Shown piece after piece: positions 23,611 through 34,955 of a stretch of DNA of 64,000 nt (position 1 is the stretch's first letter; each line of letters starts with the position of its first letter). The stretch is from Narcine bancroftii. Taxonomy: Eukaryota. The stretch lies in NCBI RefSeq assembly GCF_036971445.1, contig NC_091480.1, positions 61,940,001-62,004,000 of the forward strand, in the 5' to 3' direction. The notes under the pieces were generated by a model. That model did no database searches. It worked only from the letters and a program-made list of their open reading frames with translations, and was not told the origin of the DNA. The translations under genes were made by a program, and so were the position numbers.

Positions 23611-25551
23611 GTGTTAGATATTCCTCCCCTGGAAGTTACTTTAGAAGATTCTGAACAAGTAATTAGACGAAAACAGTATCCAATCTCTATGGCTGGCCGA
23701 AAGGGGCTGCAGCCAGTAATTGGCCAGTTGGTGAAAGATGGTATACTCGAACCTTGTATTTCACCTTTTAATACCCCAATTTTACCTGTCCAAAAACCAG
23801 ACGGTACCTATCGATTAGTGGAGGACTTGAGGGAGCTGAACAAAATTATTCTCACCCGTCACCCGGTTGTACCTAATCCCTATACAATAATGGGTAAAAT
23901 CGATCCCCATAGTAAATGGTTTAGTGTGATTGACCTCAAAGATGCTTTCTGGACCTGTCCGTTAGCAACAGAGAGCAGAGACATGTTTGCCTTTGAATGG
24001 GAAAATCCTTTTACTGGACGCAAGAATCAATACCGGTGGACGGTCCTTCCCCAGGGCTTTACAGAATCACCAAATTTATTCGGCCAGGTCTTAGAACAAA
24101 TATTAGATGAGGCTCCTAGGAGAGAAAATTGTCAGTTGATACAATATGTTGATGATTTTTTAATTACGGAAAAAACGTACGAATTAGTTAAACAGTATAC
24201 TGTTGAACTTTTGAATTTTCTGGAGAATAAGGGTCTCAGAGTGAGCGAATCCAAATTACAATTTATTCAATCAGAAGTTAAATACTTAGGTCATCTGGTA
24301 AGTCAGGGAACTAGGAAAATAAGTCCAGAGAGGATACGTGGTATTCTACAGATCCCACCTCCCAAGAATGCCCAAGAACTTAGGAAATTCCTTGGTTTAG
24401 TAGGATACTGTAGAAACTGGATTGAAAATTATTCTAGCCTGGTCAGATTTCTCTATGACAAACTCATGATTCTAGGGGGCGAAGCTGTTGTCTGGACAGA
24501 GGAAGAGATTAAAGATTTTAACTTGGTGAAACAGCGCCTTATGAGTGCCCCAGTGTTGGCTTTACCCAACCTAAATAAGCCATTTGACCTATATACCAAT
24601 GCGAAAGGAGGTGTAGCCACCGGAGTACTAACACAAGAGAGGGCAGGCTGTAGACAGCCAGTTGCTTTTCTGTCAAAAGTTTTAGACCCTGTTTGTCGTG
24701 GTTGGCCAGAATGTGTGCAAGCCATCGCAGCCACTGCTATTTTAGTTGAGGAAGGACGAAAGATTACGTTTGGTGCCCCGATGATAGTTCACACCCCTCA
24801 CACAGTCCGCAATATTCTTTTACAACGTGCTGGAAGGTGGCTCACAGACTCTAGAATTTTAAAATATGAAGCGATCCTAATGGATAGGGATGATTTGACC
24901 CTGATTACGAATAAAGAACACAATCCAGCAGCTTTCTTGGTTTCTCCAAATTCTGACAATACCATAAATGAGTTAGAGCATGTATGTTTAGAGGTAATAG
25001 ATTTACAGACCAAAATTAGAGAGGATTTAAGTGATGAGCCTTTACAGGAGGGTGAAAGGTGGTTTATTGATGGATCTTCTCGTTGCATTGATGGCACTCG
25101 CTATAGCGGGTATAGTGTAGTGGATGGGAAAGAAGGAGTGGTGATTGAAGCTGGTCACCTTCCCGGTCATTGGTCAGCACAATCTTGTGAATTGTATGCC
25201 CTCTGTAGAGCTCTCCAGGGTCTAGAGAACAAGGTGGGCACAATCTACACAGACTCAGAGTATGCTTTTGGTGTAGTGCACACCTTTGGGAAGATCTGGA
25301 AAGAGCGGGGAATGATAACTGGAAAAGGACAAAAGTTGATCCATGAAAACTTAATTGTCCAATCTCTAGATGCTCTTACATTACCTGAGGAAATAGCTGT
25401 AGTTCATGTACGGAGCCATCAAAGTGGTGACAGTCCTGAAGCACAGGGGAACAGACAGGCAGATGCAGCTGCCAAACAGGCTGTGCTCACGGAGAAAATA
25501 GACATGCAGCTGTTACTGCCCACCCCTGGAGTATCCTATTCATTCTATTAA
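23611..25551 (+). pseudogene. ERV pol RT-RNase H, 646-codon open stretch
   Basis: LPQG, YVDD and FIDGSS motifs; upstream protease has stops and integrase is deleted. Confidence 0.9.
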
Positions 25552-25798
25552 ACCTGGTGATTGGGTATATGTAAAAGCATGGCAAGATCACCAACTAAAA
25601 CCTGTCTGGGATGGCCCCTATTGTGTACTTTTGATTACAGACACTGCCGTGCGAACGAAAGGGATGGAGCCACATCCAACGAATTAAACGAGCTGCTGAA
25701 CCACAGACTAACGACATTAATAATCTACCCTCCACCTAATGTGCAGTCCTTCATCCTTCTGATCTGAAAGTTACACGACGCCGGGAAAAAGTGCTGTA

Positions 25799-26871
25799 AT
25801 GTTGTTTTTACCATTTGCTGTTTCGTTTACTTGTTGGTTCCCAATTTTTGGGAAATCACCAAATTGCTCACAATGTATTAAGTCCTCCTGGAATAGGGGC
25901 AGCAGAGGTGACAATTATTTACCTTTAGAATATAGACAGGGCACAGATATAAAGTATAGTCATAGTGGGGTATGGGTTAATATAGGATCCCAACATGGAC
26001 CAGGGGAACAGAACAGCTCTAGAGGAGTAGATTTGATTTGTATTTTGGCCTCTACAGGTATTAAAGAGAGGAGTTTTAAAGGGATAGCACAAAGGAGATG
26101 GTGGGACAAAGACAGACAGAATGTTAGTCAGGATTGTACATGTAGCAGAGATAGAGTGAATACTTATGCTAATGTTCGCAGACAAGCTACAACTCACAGG
26201 TTAAGTGACAAGAAACACCCCTCCCCAACTTGGTCTCCTGTAAATCAACCTTTGGGTCACACAGACATTCGGAATGTTAAGAACCACCACTGTAAGGGGA
26301 GTTCCAGTTGTAAATGACGTAAGCTGCTCCAGAACACCACAGCTACTTGGCATTTAAATCATTTAATCAGACTTCTGGCTTGGAGATCATCACCGAACAG
26401 ACAGTGATAGCCCTGAATTTATGGGCTGAAGAAAGACGACAGATACGAGCCACAGTTCAACAAAACCGCCTGGCTCTCGTTTATTCGTTGGCTGCTGAAG
26501 GCAGCTTTTGTGAAAGACTGGTTAAGGACAATGCTCACAATGGTCAGGCGGTTAAAGACACTTCTTCAGGAGTTCGAAAATCTTCCCATGCCCAGGTTCA
26601 GACTTGGCAACCTTGGTCTGGTGTGGGATGGACTAGACTTTTTATTGGTAACTGGAGTCTGATACCCACAGCCCTTATAGCAGCTGGACTCGCTATTCTG
26701 GCCATTATGGTGCTCCCCTGCCTCAAGACTTGTGTGCAGTATTTAATTCATCGAACCCCTCGTCAGAACAGTATAACCCAAAGAATGTATGTTTCCCTAA
26801 TTCTGTCTAATGATACTGAAACTGCAGTTCGTTTACTGAGCAGCTGGGAAAAAGACCAAGTTTGCAAGTAA
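25799..26871 (+). pseudogene. ERV env remnant (signal region and gamma-type TM)
   Basis: Immunosuppressive-domain-like QQNRLALVYSLAAEGSFC and hydrophobic anchor; most of SU is missing. Confidence 0.8.
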
Positions 26872-27079
26872 TACATTCCAGTTGAGAAGTCACGAAGCGT
26901 AGCTAAAAGAAAAATGAGGATTCTGAGAGATGAGTAAAACTGATATAAAAATATGAAGATGAGGAAACTAATATCGATATATGGGTAAATGAATAAAGCC
27001 AGTATGAATAGGATAAGAATAGATATTACAATGTAGGAAGTAAAGTTAGTCTGAATAAGATAAGGGTCTTCTAGCCTTA

Positions 27080-27305
27080 AAAGAACCAAAGACTTGTTGA
27101 TCCAAACCAAGGCTTTTATTAGCAAAAGACAGGAGCTCTTCACAGGTGGCCGACCAGTCCGGAATGATCTGACCTGGCTAGGGACACAACCCGTTAAGGC
27201 CCAGACAATAGGCGTGGCTTAGCTCTCAGCCAATCGCTGTAAGCACAGTCTAGATACAGTAACTATATACACTATGTACATTGGTGATAGATCTGTACTA
27301 TCACA
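27080..27305 (-). mobile_element. Second copy of the 240-bp solo LTR, truncated
   Basis: Reverse complement of 13628-~13853, inserted in the ERV 3' LTR. Confidence 0.88.
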
Positions 27306-28038
27306 AAGGACAATGACATGATGGGACACCGACAGGATACCCCCTGGTCCTCCAAGTTCACAGAAACAGCACGTAGGCAGACAGGATTGCCTAATGCCAA
27401 ACTCATCCAGGAGGCAGAAGAATGTAAGCCTTTAGTTTGAATGGATATTATGACATGTTACATCATAGTCACTATGGTAACACTACAAACAATTTGTTAG
27501 AAACAAAAGTACCTTCACAGAATTTGCTCGAGACAAAAACTGAGAACAAAGAACATTTATTATACAACAATGCAAAGTTGGTGCTTCCCCTTAGCTTCAG
27601 AATATAAACACATTCTGGGGCTCACCCAACTTTTATACAGTTGATTTCAGTATAGAAGTACCCTCCCCCTTACATTCTTCTGCCTCCTGGATGAGTTTGG
27701 CATTAGGCAATCCTGTCTGCCTTCGTGCTGTTTCTGTGAACTTGGAGGACCAGGGGGTATCCTGTCGGTGTCCCATTTTTCTTTGAATTTTTTGCATCTC
27801 TTTAAATAGCGTTATGTGTCCCTTTAAAGTTTGAGTATCTCTATATACTTTATTATTCATCATTATGAAAGTCTTAATGCAAAGTTATGCAAAATGTTTA
27901 TCTGTTTTATCAACTAATTAAAGCTATATAAAGTAACAGAATTTGATTAAAGAGATCAAAATTCAGAATATCACAGCTCACACCTTAGAAGAGGATACTT
28001 TGAAATTAGTATATATTAGAATAAGGAAAGTGTAGTCT

Positions 28039-31000
28039 TGTAGCGACTACTTCGGTAGAGCTACTAAAGCAATACACACACACATCAAGTTAGTCAACAC
28101 AAGACTGTTTATTTGGGCTTTACATGCTTCTTTTATATCCCTCCCATCACAGGCTCCATGGGATGACGTGGTGACATCACTATGGGTTTCCCACAGATCC
28201 ACGGGGCCAGCAGGTTTAAACTAAATACAGTGGGGGCCCCGCGCCTTCTTGCAGGAGGCACAGCAAACCAATGTGCTGTTACTTGGCATGCAGCATCGCA
28301 CACATGTGGTCCATTAACCGGTTGAGTACCCAGTGGTCTGGCCTATGGCTCCATGCACCCTCCGAAGAACCGCACCAGTGACAGTTCGTGAGCCTGCACT
28401 GTGCATCCACTGAGCCCGCTACATGGCTGCTACACCACCCCCCCAGAATCATCACCCAAAACTAATATACCAGCCGCATGCAACTTAGGTGGATGGGTGA
28501 AGTAGGATCTACATGGGCAGGATTGAATCTGTCCACACTGAACAGTTGTGAATGCCCCCCCAATGTCCAAAGTATATACAACCCCATCCTTCTTAATCAT
28601 GCGGAAAGGGCCCTCATACAGCCATTGCAATGGTGCTCTTGGGACCCATCTGTGCACAAAGACAGAGTCAGCGTCATGCCATTTATTTGGAATATGTTTG
28701 CTGACTGCAACACCACATCGAAGCTGCTGAAGGACATCTAGGTCAGAGTTGGATGCGAAGTGAATGTCCCCTGGAACCGAGAGGACTGTACCATAAACCA
28801 TCTCTGTGGATGATGCAGGCTAGTCTTCCTTCGGATCAGTGCACACTTCCAGTAGAACCCATGGTAACTAATTGACCCAATTGGAACCAGTGAGTCAGGC
28901 CTCAAATGCGTACTTGAGTTGTTGGTGGAAACATTCCACAAGGCCGTTGGACTGCGGGTGGTATGCTATAGTGTGATGTAGAGGTGTGCCACAAAAGCAC
29001 GCAAGAGAAATCCACAACACAGAGGTGAATTGCACTCCACAATCTGAAGTTATGTGTGTCAGGACACCAAATCTACAGACCCAATTGACAATGAATGCTC
29101 TGGCGCATGTCTCACTGTCACTGGATGGCAACAGGATGGTCTCTGGCCAGCGCGTGAAATGGTTTACAACTGTTATGAATGAACTCATATCTTGAGATAC
29201 TGTCTATGGTCCAACCAGGTCCACATGCACATGATCAAAATGCCGGGGTATGGCCGGGAAAGGTTGGAGAGGCACCTTGGTATGCCGCTGAATTTTTGAA
29301 GTCTGGCAGGAGGTACCTGTGCAACGTCCTTTTTCAGTCCATGCCATACGTATTTATTCGACATGAGCTTGATGGTTGTTCTGATGGACGGACGAGACAA
29401 GTTGTGTACCTGGTCAAAAAGGCGTCACCTCCAAGATGCCGGAATCACCGGTCCAGGGTAGTCTAAAGACATGTCACAAAGTAGGGTTGGGCTGCCCAGT
29501 TGGGGTGCCACCTGCTGTATGTCCAGGTTAGTAATGGCAGTACTGTACGCCTGAACATCGGGGTCCATGGCCTGTGCATTGGCCAATTCAGGAATATCAA
29601 TGGCACCCTGAACATGGTTGGCCTGGACAGCATGTCAGCAACGAGATTGATTTTTCCATGAGACATGATGCACATCCGTCGTGAATTCAGAAATGTATGA
29701 CAAGTGATGCTGCTGCCTGGCCGACCATGGGTCCGTTATTTTGCTGAAGGAAAAAATGAGTGGCTTATGGTCCATAAAATCAGTGAAATGCTGACCCTCC
29801 AAAACATATCGGAAGTGTCGTATGGCTGGATACAATGCCAACAGTTCTCAATCAAATGCACTTTATTTTATCTCCGATGGTCGTAGGTATCGGCTAAAGA
29901 ATGCTAGGTGTTGGCAATGAGCATTGACTGACTGCTGAAGAACTGCACCCATGGCGTGTCCACAGCATCAGTGGTGAGTGCCAGTGCAGCACTGGGATTA
30001 GGATGTGTGAGCATCACTGCATTGGCCAAAGCATCTTTGACAGTTGTGAACGCAAGCTCTGCCTCTGTTGTCCAGTTAATCTCTCTGTGCTTCGTGGTGA
30101 GGAGCTGAAACTGGTCAGAATGTCACCGGCTGCTGGAATGAACTGGTGATAGAAGTTTATCATGCCCAAGAATTTCTGCAGTCCTTTAATCATGGTAGGC
30201 TTCAGAAAAGCACGGACTGCGTCTACTTTGCCGGATAAGGGAAAGACATTGTTGGCTGTGATCCTGTGCCCCAGGAAGTCGATGGTTGACTTGCCAAGTT
30301 GACATTTGCTAGGGTTGATGGTAAGTCCGAATTCGTTGGAACAGGCGGTATAAGTGCAGGTGGTGATCCTGCTCATTCTGACTAGCAATGAGGATGTCAT
30401 CTAAGTAGATATAAGTGAACTCTAAATCCCTACCCAAAGGGTCCATCCATAAGCTGCTGGAATGTTTGAGCAGCATTCTTCAACCCAAATGGCATCCTAA
30501 GGAATTCAAAAAGCCCGAAAAGAGTAATAATCGCCGTTTTAGGAATGTCATTCTTATGGACCGAGATATGATGGTATCCCTTGACAAGATCAACTTTGTA
30601 GAAAGCACAAAAATTGTGCTGATGGGCAGCGAAATCTTGTATATGAGGGATCGAGTATCTGTCGGGTGTAGTTATATTATTGAACCTATGGTAATCGCCA
30701 CAGAGTCTCCATCCACCTATTTTCCTGGGTACCATGCGTAACAGCGATGCCCAAGGACTGTTGGAATGCCAAATGATACCCAATTTCTCCACTGCAGTAA
30801 ACTCTGCCCTTGCCTGCGCAGTTTATCAGGTGGAAGACAATGAGCCCTGGCGTAAATCGGAGGGCCTGAGGTGTCACTGTATTGGGACACACCATGGGCT
30901 GTTTTAGAGGTATTAAAATTAGGAGAGAGAATACCGGGAAATTTATTAAGCAGGGCAGCATAGGCATCTTTGTGCAGGGTATGAACCCCGAGTTGGGAAA

Positions 31001-32453
31001 TTCTCCCTTTGCTGCATACCAACAGGTATGTTTGGAAAGTGGTGGCATTAACCAATTCCCTCCGCTACAATAGCAAGTCATGGGATCGCAAGAATGGAAT
31101 GTCACCCCTTCCTATCCAAATCGTGATGCGTCGTGTGCCAAAGCTGGGAATAGAAGTCTCATTTGCTGCTTGAAGAGCCAGGTGTTGTTGCTTATGTATC
31201 TTCTCAAAATACATTGGTGAGAGCAAACTGACCTCACCACCCGTATCTACGAGAAACTTGTTTACCAGTATTATCTTGAAGATACAGGAGACCACTACTG
31301 ACAGCCGGCTTTGTCGTTTCCCGCCTTTGTGCTGTGGTAGCTACATGGTAGAATGCATCTACGGGCATTTTATCCCCAACGGTGATGGTAAAAACATCAT
31401 TCTCGCTGCCCGTCAGCACATTCCTCCTTCTTTGTCTCAACCACAGACACAGGAGGCTCATAGGACATGGGAGATATATCTGCTGTGAAAACAGGCTGTA
31501 TGTGAGCAGACTCTTGTGTTGGAGTACGATAGAGTCTGTCAGCCTCCCAGGCCACGTCACAGGGATGGCAGAAATCCATGTTAGCTATTGGTATTGAGAC
31601 ACGACCTGGGAGTTTCAACAGGAATAGAATCTCTAAAAGCAAGCAATGAGAATGACCACCACTAATGTATCTCATTCATTAGATCAGATGAATTCCTGTC
31701 ACCCAGTCCCTCCATATTCAAAAGTCACATGCCGCGCTCATGTCTAGTCAATTCCAGCGTATCCAGGAGAACTTGGCGGAACCTGGTGTACTGGTTGTCT
31801 GCTGGGGATTGGCAATAAATTCACTTACTTTAGCTGCCGTAGTAGCATCCAACGCACCTACAACGTGCCAGAATTTTGTGTGCTCTGCTGTTATGCCACA
31901 AAGACAAAACTGGGTTTCAGCCTGATTAAGCCATACCCGAGGTTGATGGGTCCAGAATGGAGGCAAGTGAAGTCCCACCACATTAACTGCTGCTGTAGTT
32001 GTGTCCATGATAACTGTAGATTCAAGCTTCGGCTGAATCTTGCAGTCATGGTCACCAATTGTAGCGTCTACTTCAGTAGAGCTACTAAAGCAATACACAC
32101 ACACACCAGGTTAGTCAACACAAGCCTGGTTATTTGGGCTTTACATGCTTTTATATCCCTCCCACCCCAGGCTCCACGGGACTGGGGTGGTGATATCACT
32201 ATGGGTTTATCACCGATCCACGGGGCTGGCAGGTTTAAATTAAACACAGTGGGGGCCCAACACCTTCTAGCAGGAAGCACAGCAAACTAATGTGCTGTTA
32301 ATTGGAACACAGCACCACATGCGTGCGGTCCATTAACCGGTTGAGTACCCAGCGGTTTGGCCTACAGCTCCACGTGCCCACTGAAGAAACGAGCTGGCGA
32401 CAGTTTGCGATACCACGCTGTGCACCCACTTGGCCCGCTACACGGCCACTACA
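28039..32453 (-). mobile_element. Full-length decayed Ty3/Gypsy retrotransposon
   Basis: LTRs 28039-28434 and 32060-32453, TSD GTCT, PBS TGGTGACC (tRNA-Trp-like), PPT; gag LPPFW, protease LVDTG, RT MPFGLKNA, RNase H, integrase; many stops. Confidence 0.92.
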
Positions 32454-33019
32454 GTCTATATTTTGATTCAAAGAAAATGTTTTAATTGTCAACTTTGTTT
32501 GGAAGAAAGGCTCATAAAATTTGTCTAGAAAATTTTAACAACTTGATTTAAAGTGAATAGACATCCACGCTATAATAATAGAATATTCCCAGAAGTCTTT
32601 GGGAACATGTCTGTGAATTGCTCAGTTTGAAATTGAGCCAAGGTCTGGCCAGACACCTGTGACCTTGAAAAGATAAGCCAGAGCTTTGGTAGCAGAATTG
32701 GAAGGAAGATGTTATTATAACAAACACATAAAAAAACTTGTGTGCAGAATCACAGAGACAATTCTAGCCAGCAGGAACTCTTTTAAAGGGACCAAGATAT
32801 AAAATTTGTTTACAGTTCCCAGGAACCAGGAGAAGCCAGGTTGCAGTGTGAAGAACCCAAGATGGATAAGAAGTTTCATCAGGCTAAAGACCTAGAGCAA
32901 ACAGCTCCTCTCAAAGAACTATTTTGTTGTGAGTTGGGCCAGCAAGGCAGACCAACAATGCTTGGCAAGAGCCAAAAACAAAACAGTTTCAACTAGCAAA
33001 CAAGAAGATGACTCTGTCA

Positions 33020-34850
33020 AAGCACTGCAGGCCTCTCAATAATTCCTGTGCAGGTTAAAACTAAAAAATGGAGCTTCATACTGAAGACCTACTCATTTCT
33101 TGATCCAGGAAGTACCGCATCATTTTGTACTGTTGAATTAATGAATGCACTTAATCTTCATGGAAAAAGATCACGGATCTTAGTGAAGACAATGCATGAT
33201 GAAAGGAACATTGAAACTAATTTAGTTTCAGGTTTACAGATTGCTGGATTGAATAGTAATGAATTTTGCAATCTTCCAAGTGTATATAGTCAGAAGATTA
33301 TGCCTGTGAATAAGGAGAATATCAGGATGATATCAAACAGTGGGCGCTTCTAAAGAATGTTTACTTACCCAAGATTAATGCCAAGATTGAGATGTTAATT
33401 GGATTAGATGTACCAAAAGCTCTTGAACCTCTAGAAGTAATGAGTCAAAATGATGGACCTTATGCTGTGAGAACATTGCTTGGATGGAAAATTAACAGAC
33501 CATTAGGAGGAAAAATGAATAATGATCAGGAGATGTCGAATGTAAATGTCAACAGAATTTCAGTTGTCAAACTTAATGATCTATTTAAAATTTAAAACTG
33601 ATTTCCCTGAATGTCTCAAAGATATTCGAGAACCTTTGAAGGAGGACAAACAGTTTCTGGATTTGGTTTAAAATTCTGTTAAACATGTTGATGGTCATTA
33701 CTGTATAGCATTACATTTGAAGAGAAATCTGTATGCCAGACAAAAAAATAATTGCAGAACAGTGTATGCTGAATTTGAAGAAAAAATTCAAGAGAAATTC
33801 TTCCTTTCATTTGGAATATACCAATGTTACATTGGGCATGATAACCAAGGGTTATGTAGAAAAAGCATCAGAAGATATCTTGGAATGTAACTCCTCATCG
33901 TGGAGTTATACATCCGCAAAAGGAGAAACTACACATATTTGATTTTGGAGCATCATTTCAAGGAGTTTCATTGAATTCTCAACTTGTAGGTCCAGACTTA
34001 ACCAGTACTTTAATAGGTGTTCTGATAAGATTTTATAAAGAGCCTTTTGTAATTGCTGCAGATATTCAAGCGATGTTTCATCAAGTGAAAGTACATCAGA
34101 AGATCATGATTTTCTACGATTGTTTCAGTGGCCTAATGGAGATTACAGTAAAGATATGATTGAATACAGAATGACAGTTCATCTATTTGGAGCAATTTGT
34201 CACCGAGTTGGGCTAATTTTGTTCTCAGGAAATGTGCTGAAGATAATGAAGAGCAATTTCGTTCTCCAGCTATAAACATCATCAGGAATAATTTCTATGT
34301 TGATGACTGTCTTCCATCAGTGGGTTCAGAAAAATAAGCAATAGATCTTTATCAAGAGTTAAAGGAGATCTGTAGAAAAGGAGGTTTCTTTCTCACGAAA
34401 TGGATTAGCAACAGTCGAGATGTGTTGGCTGTTATTCCTGAGGAAGAAAGAGCAAAGGAGATAAAAACATCTTCACTTGGATTGTGACGTTCTACCTGTC
34501 GAAAGAATTCTAGGAGTGCAATAGTGTATTCAATCTGATGCTTTAAAATTCAAAATTGTTTTGAAAGAACGGCCTTTGACAAGAAGAGGTATTCTTCCAA
34601 TTGTAAGCTCAATATACGATCCTTTGGGAATAATGGCACTGGTAGTATTAATAGCCAATAAAATTCTGCAAGAATTGTGCAGAAAAAACTTTGAATGGGA
34701 TAAAGTTATATCAGATTCCATCGCACAAGATTGGATGAATTGGATTGAGTCTTAAAATGTTAGAAAATTTTGAAGTCAACATATGTTTTAAACCTACAGA
34801 CTTTGGAATTGCTGTTACACCACTTTGCTGATGTGAGTGAAGGTCATTTT
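33020..34850 (+). mobile_element. BEL/Pao LTR retrotransposon pol fragment
   Basis: FLDPGSTASF protease, GPDLTSTLIGVLIRF, YVDD, TRRGIL...YDPLG. Confidence 0.85.
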
Positions 34851-34955
34851 GGTACTGCCGACTGGCACATTCCAAGCTGCAGGAGTATGTGATGAGGATT
34901 GCACTGAGGCTTGGCACAGCCAACATGAGGGACCACAGTCTAGAATCCTCCCATT

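Larger units (their letters stand above)
14735..27776 (+). mobile_element. Class I ERV, provirus 2, defective
   Basis: gag ATG 15486 (MGGVSSK myristoylation-type start, PPPY late domain), capsid deleted, pro, RT-RNase H, integrase deleted, env remnant, PPT 26905-26921, rearranged 3' LTR from 26922. Confidence 0.92.

Noticed and set aside
26347..26871. Domesticated syncytin-like env
   Set aside because: SU and fusion peptide are missing, the ISD/cysteine motif is degenerate and there is no ATG start.
2225..27494. TSD for the ERV pair
   Set aside because: Left flank GCAG does not match the flank of the inverted U5 (AATT); the ends are rearranged.
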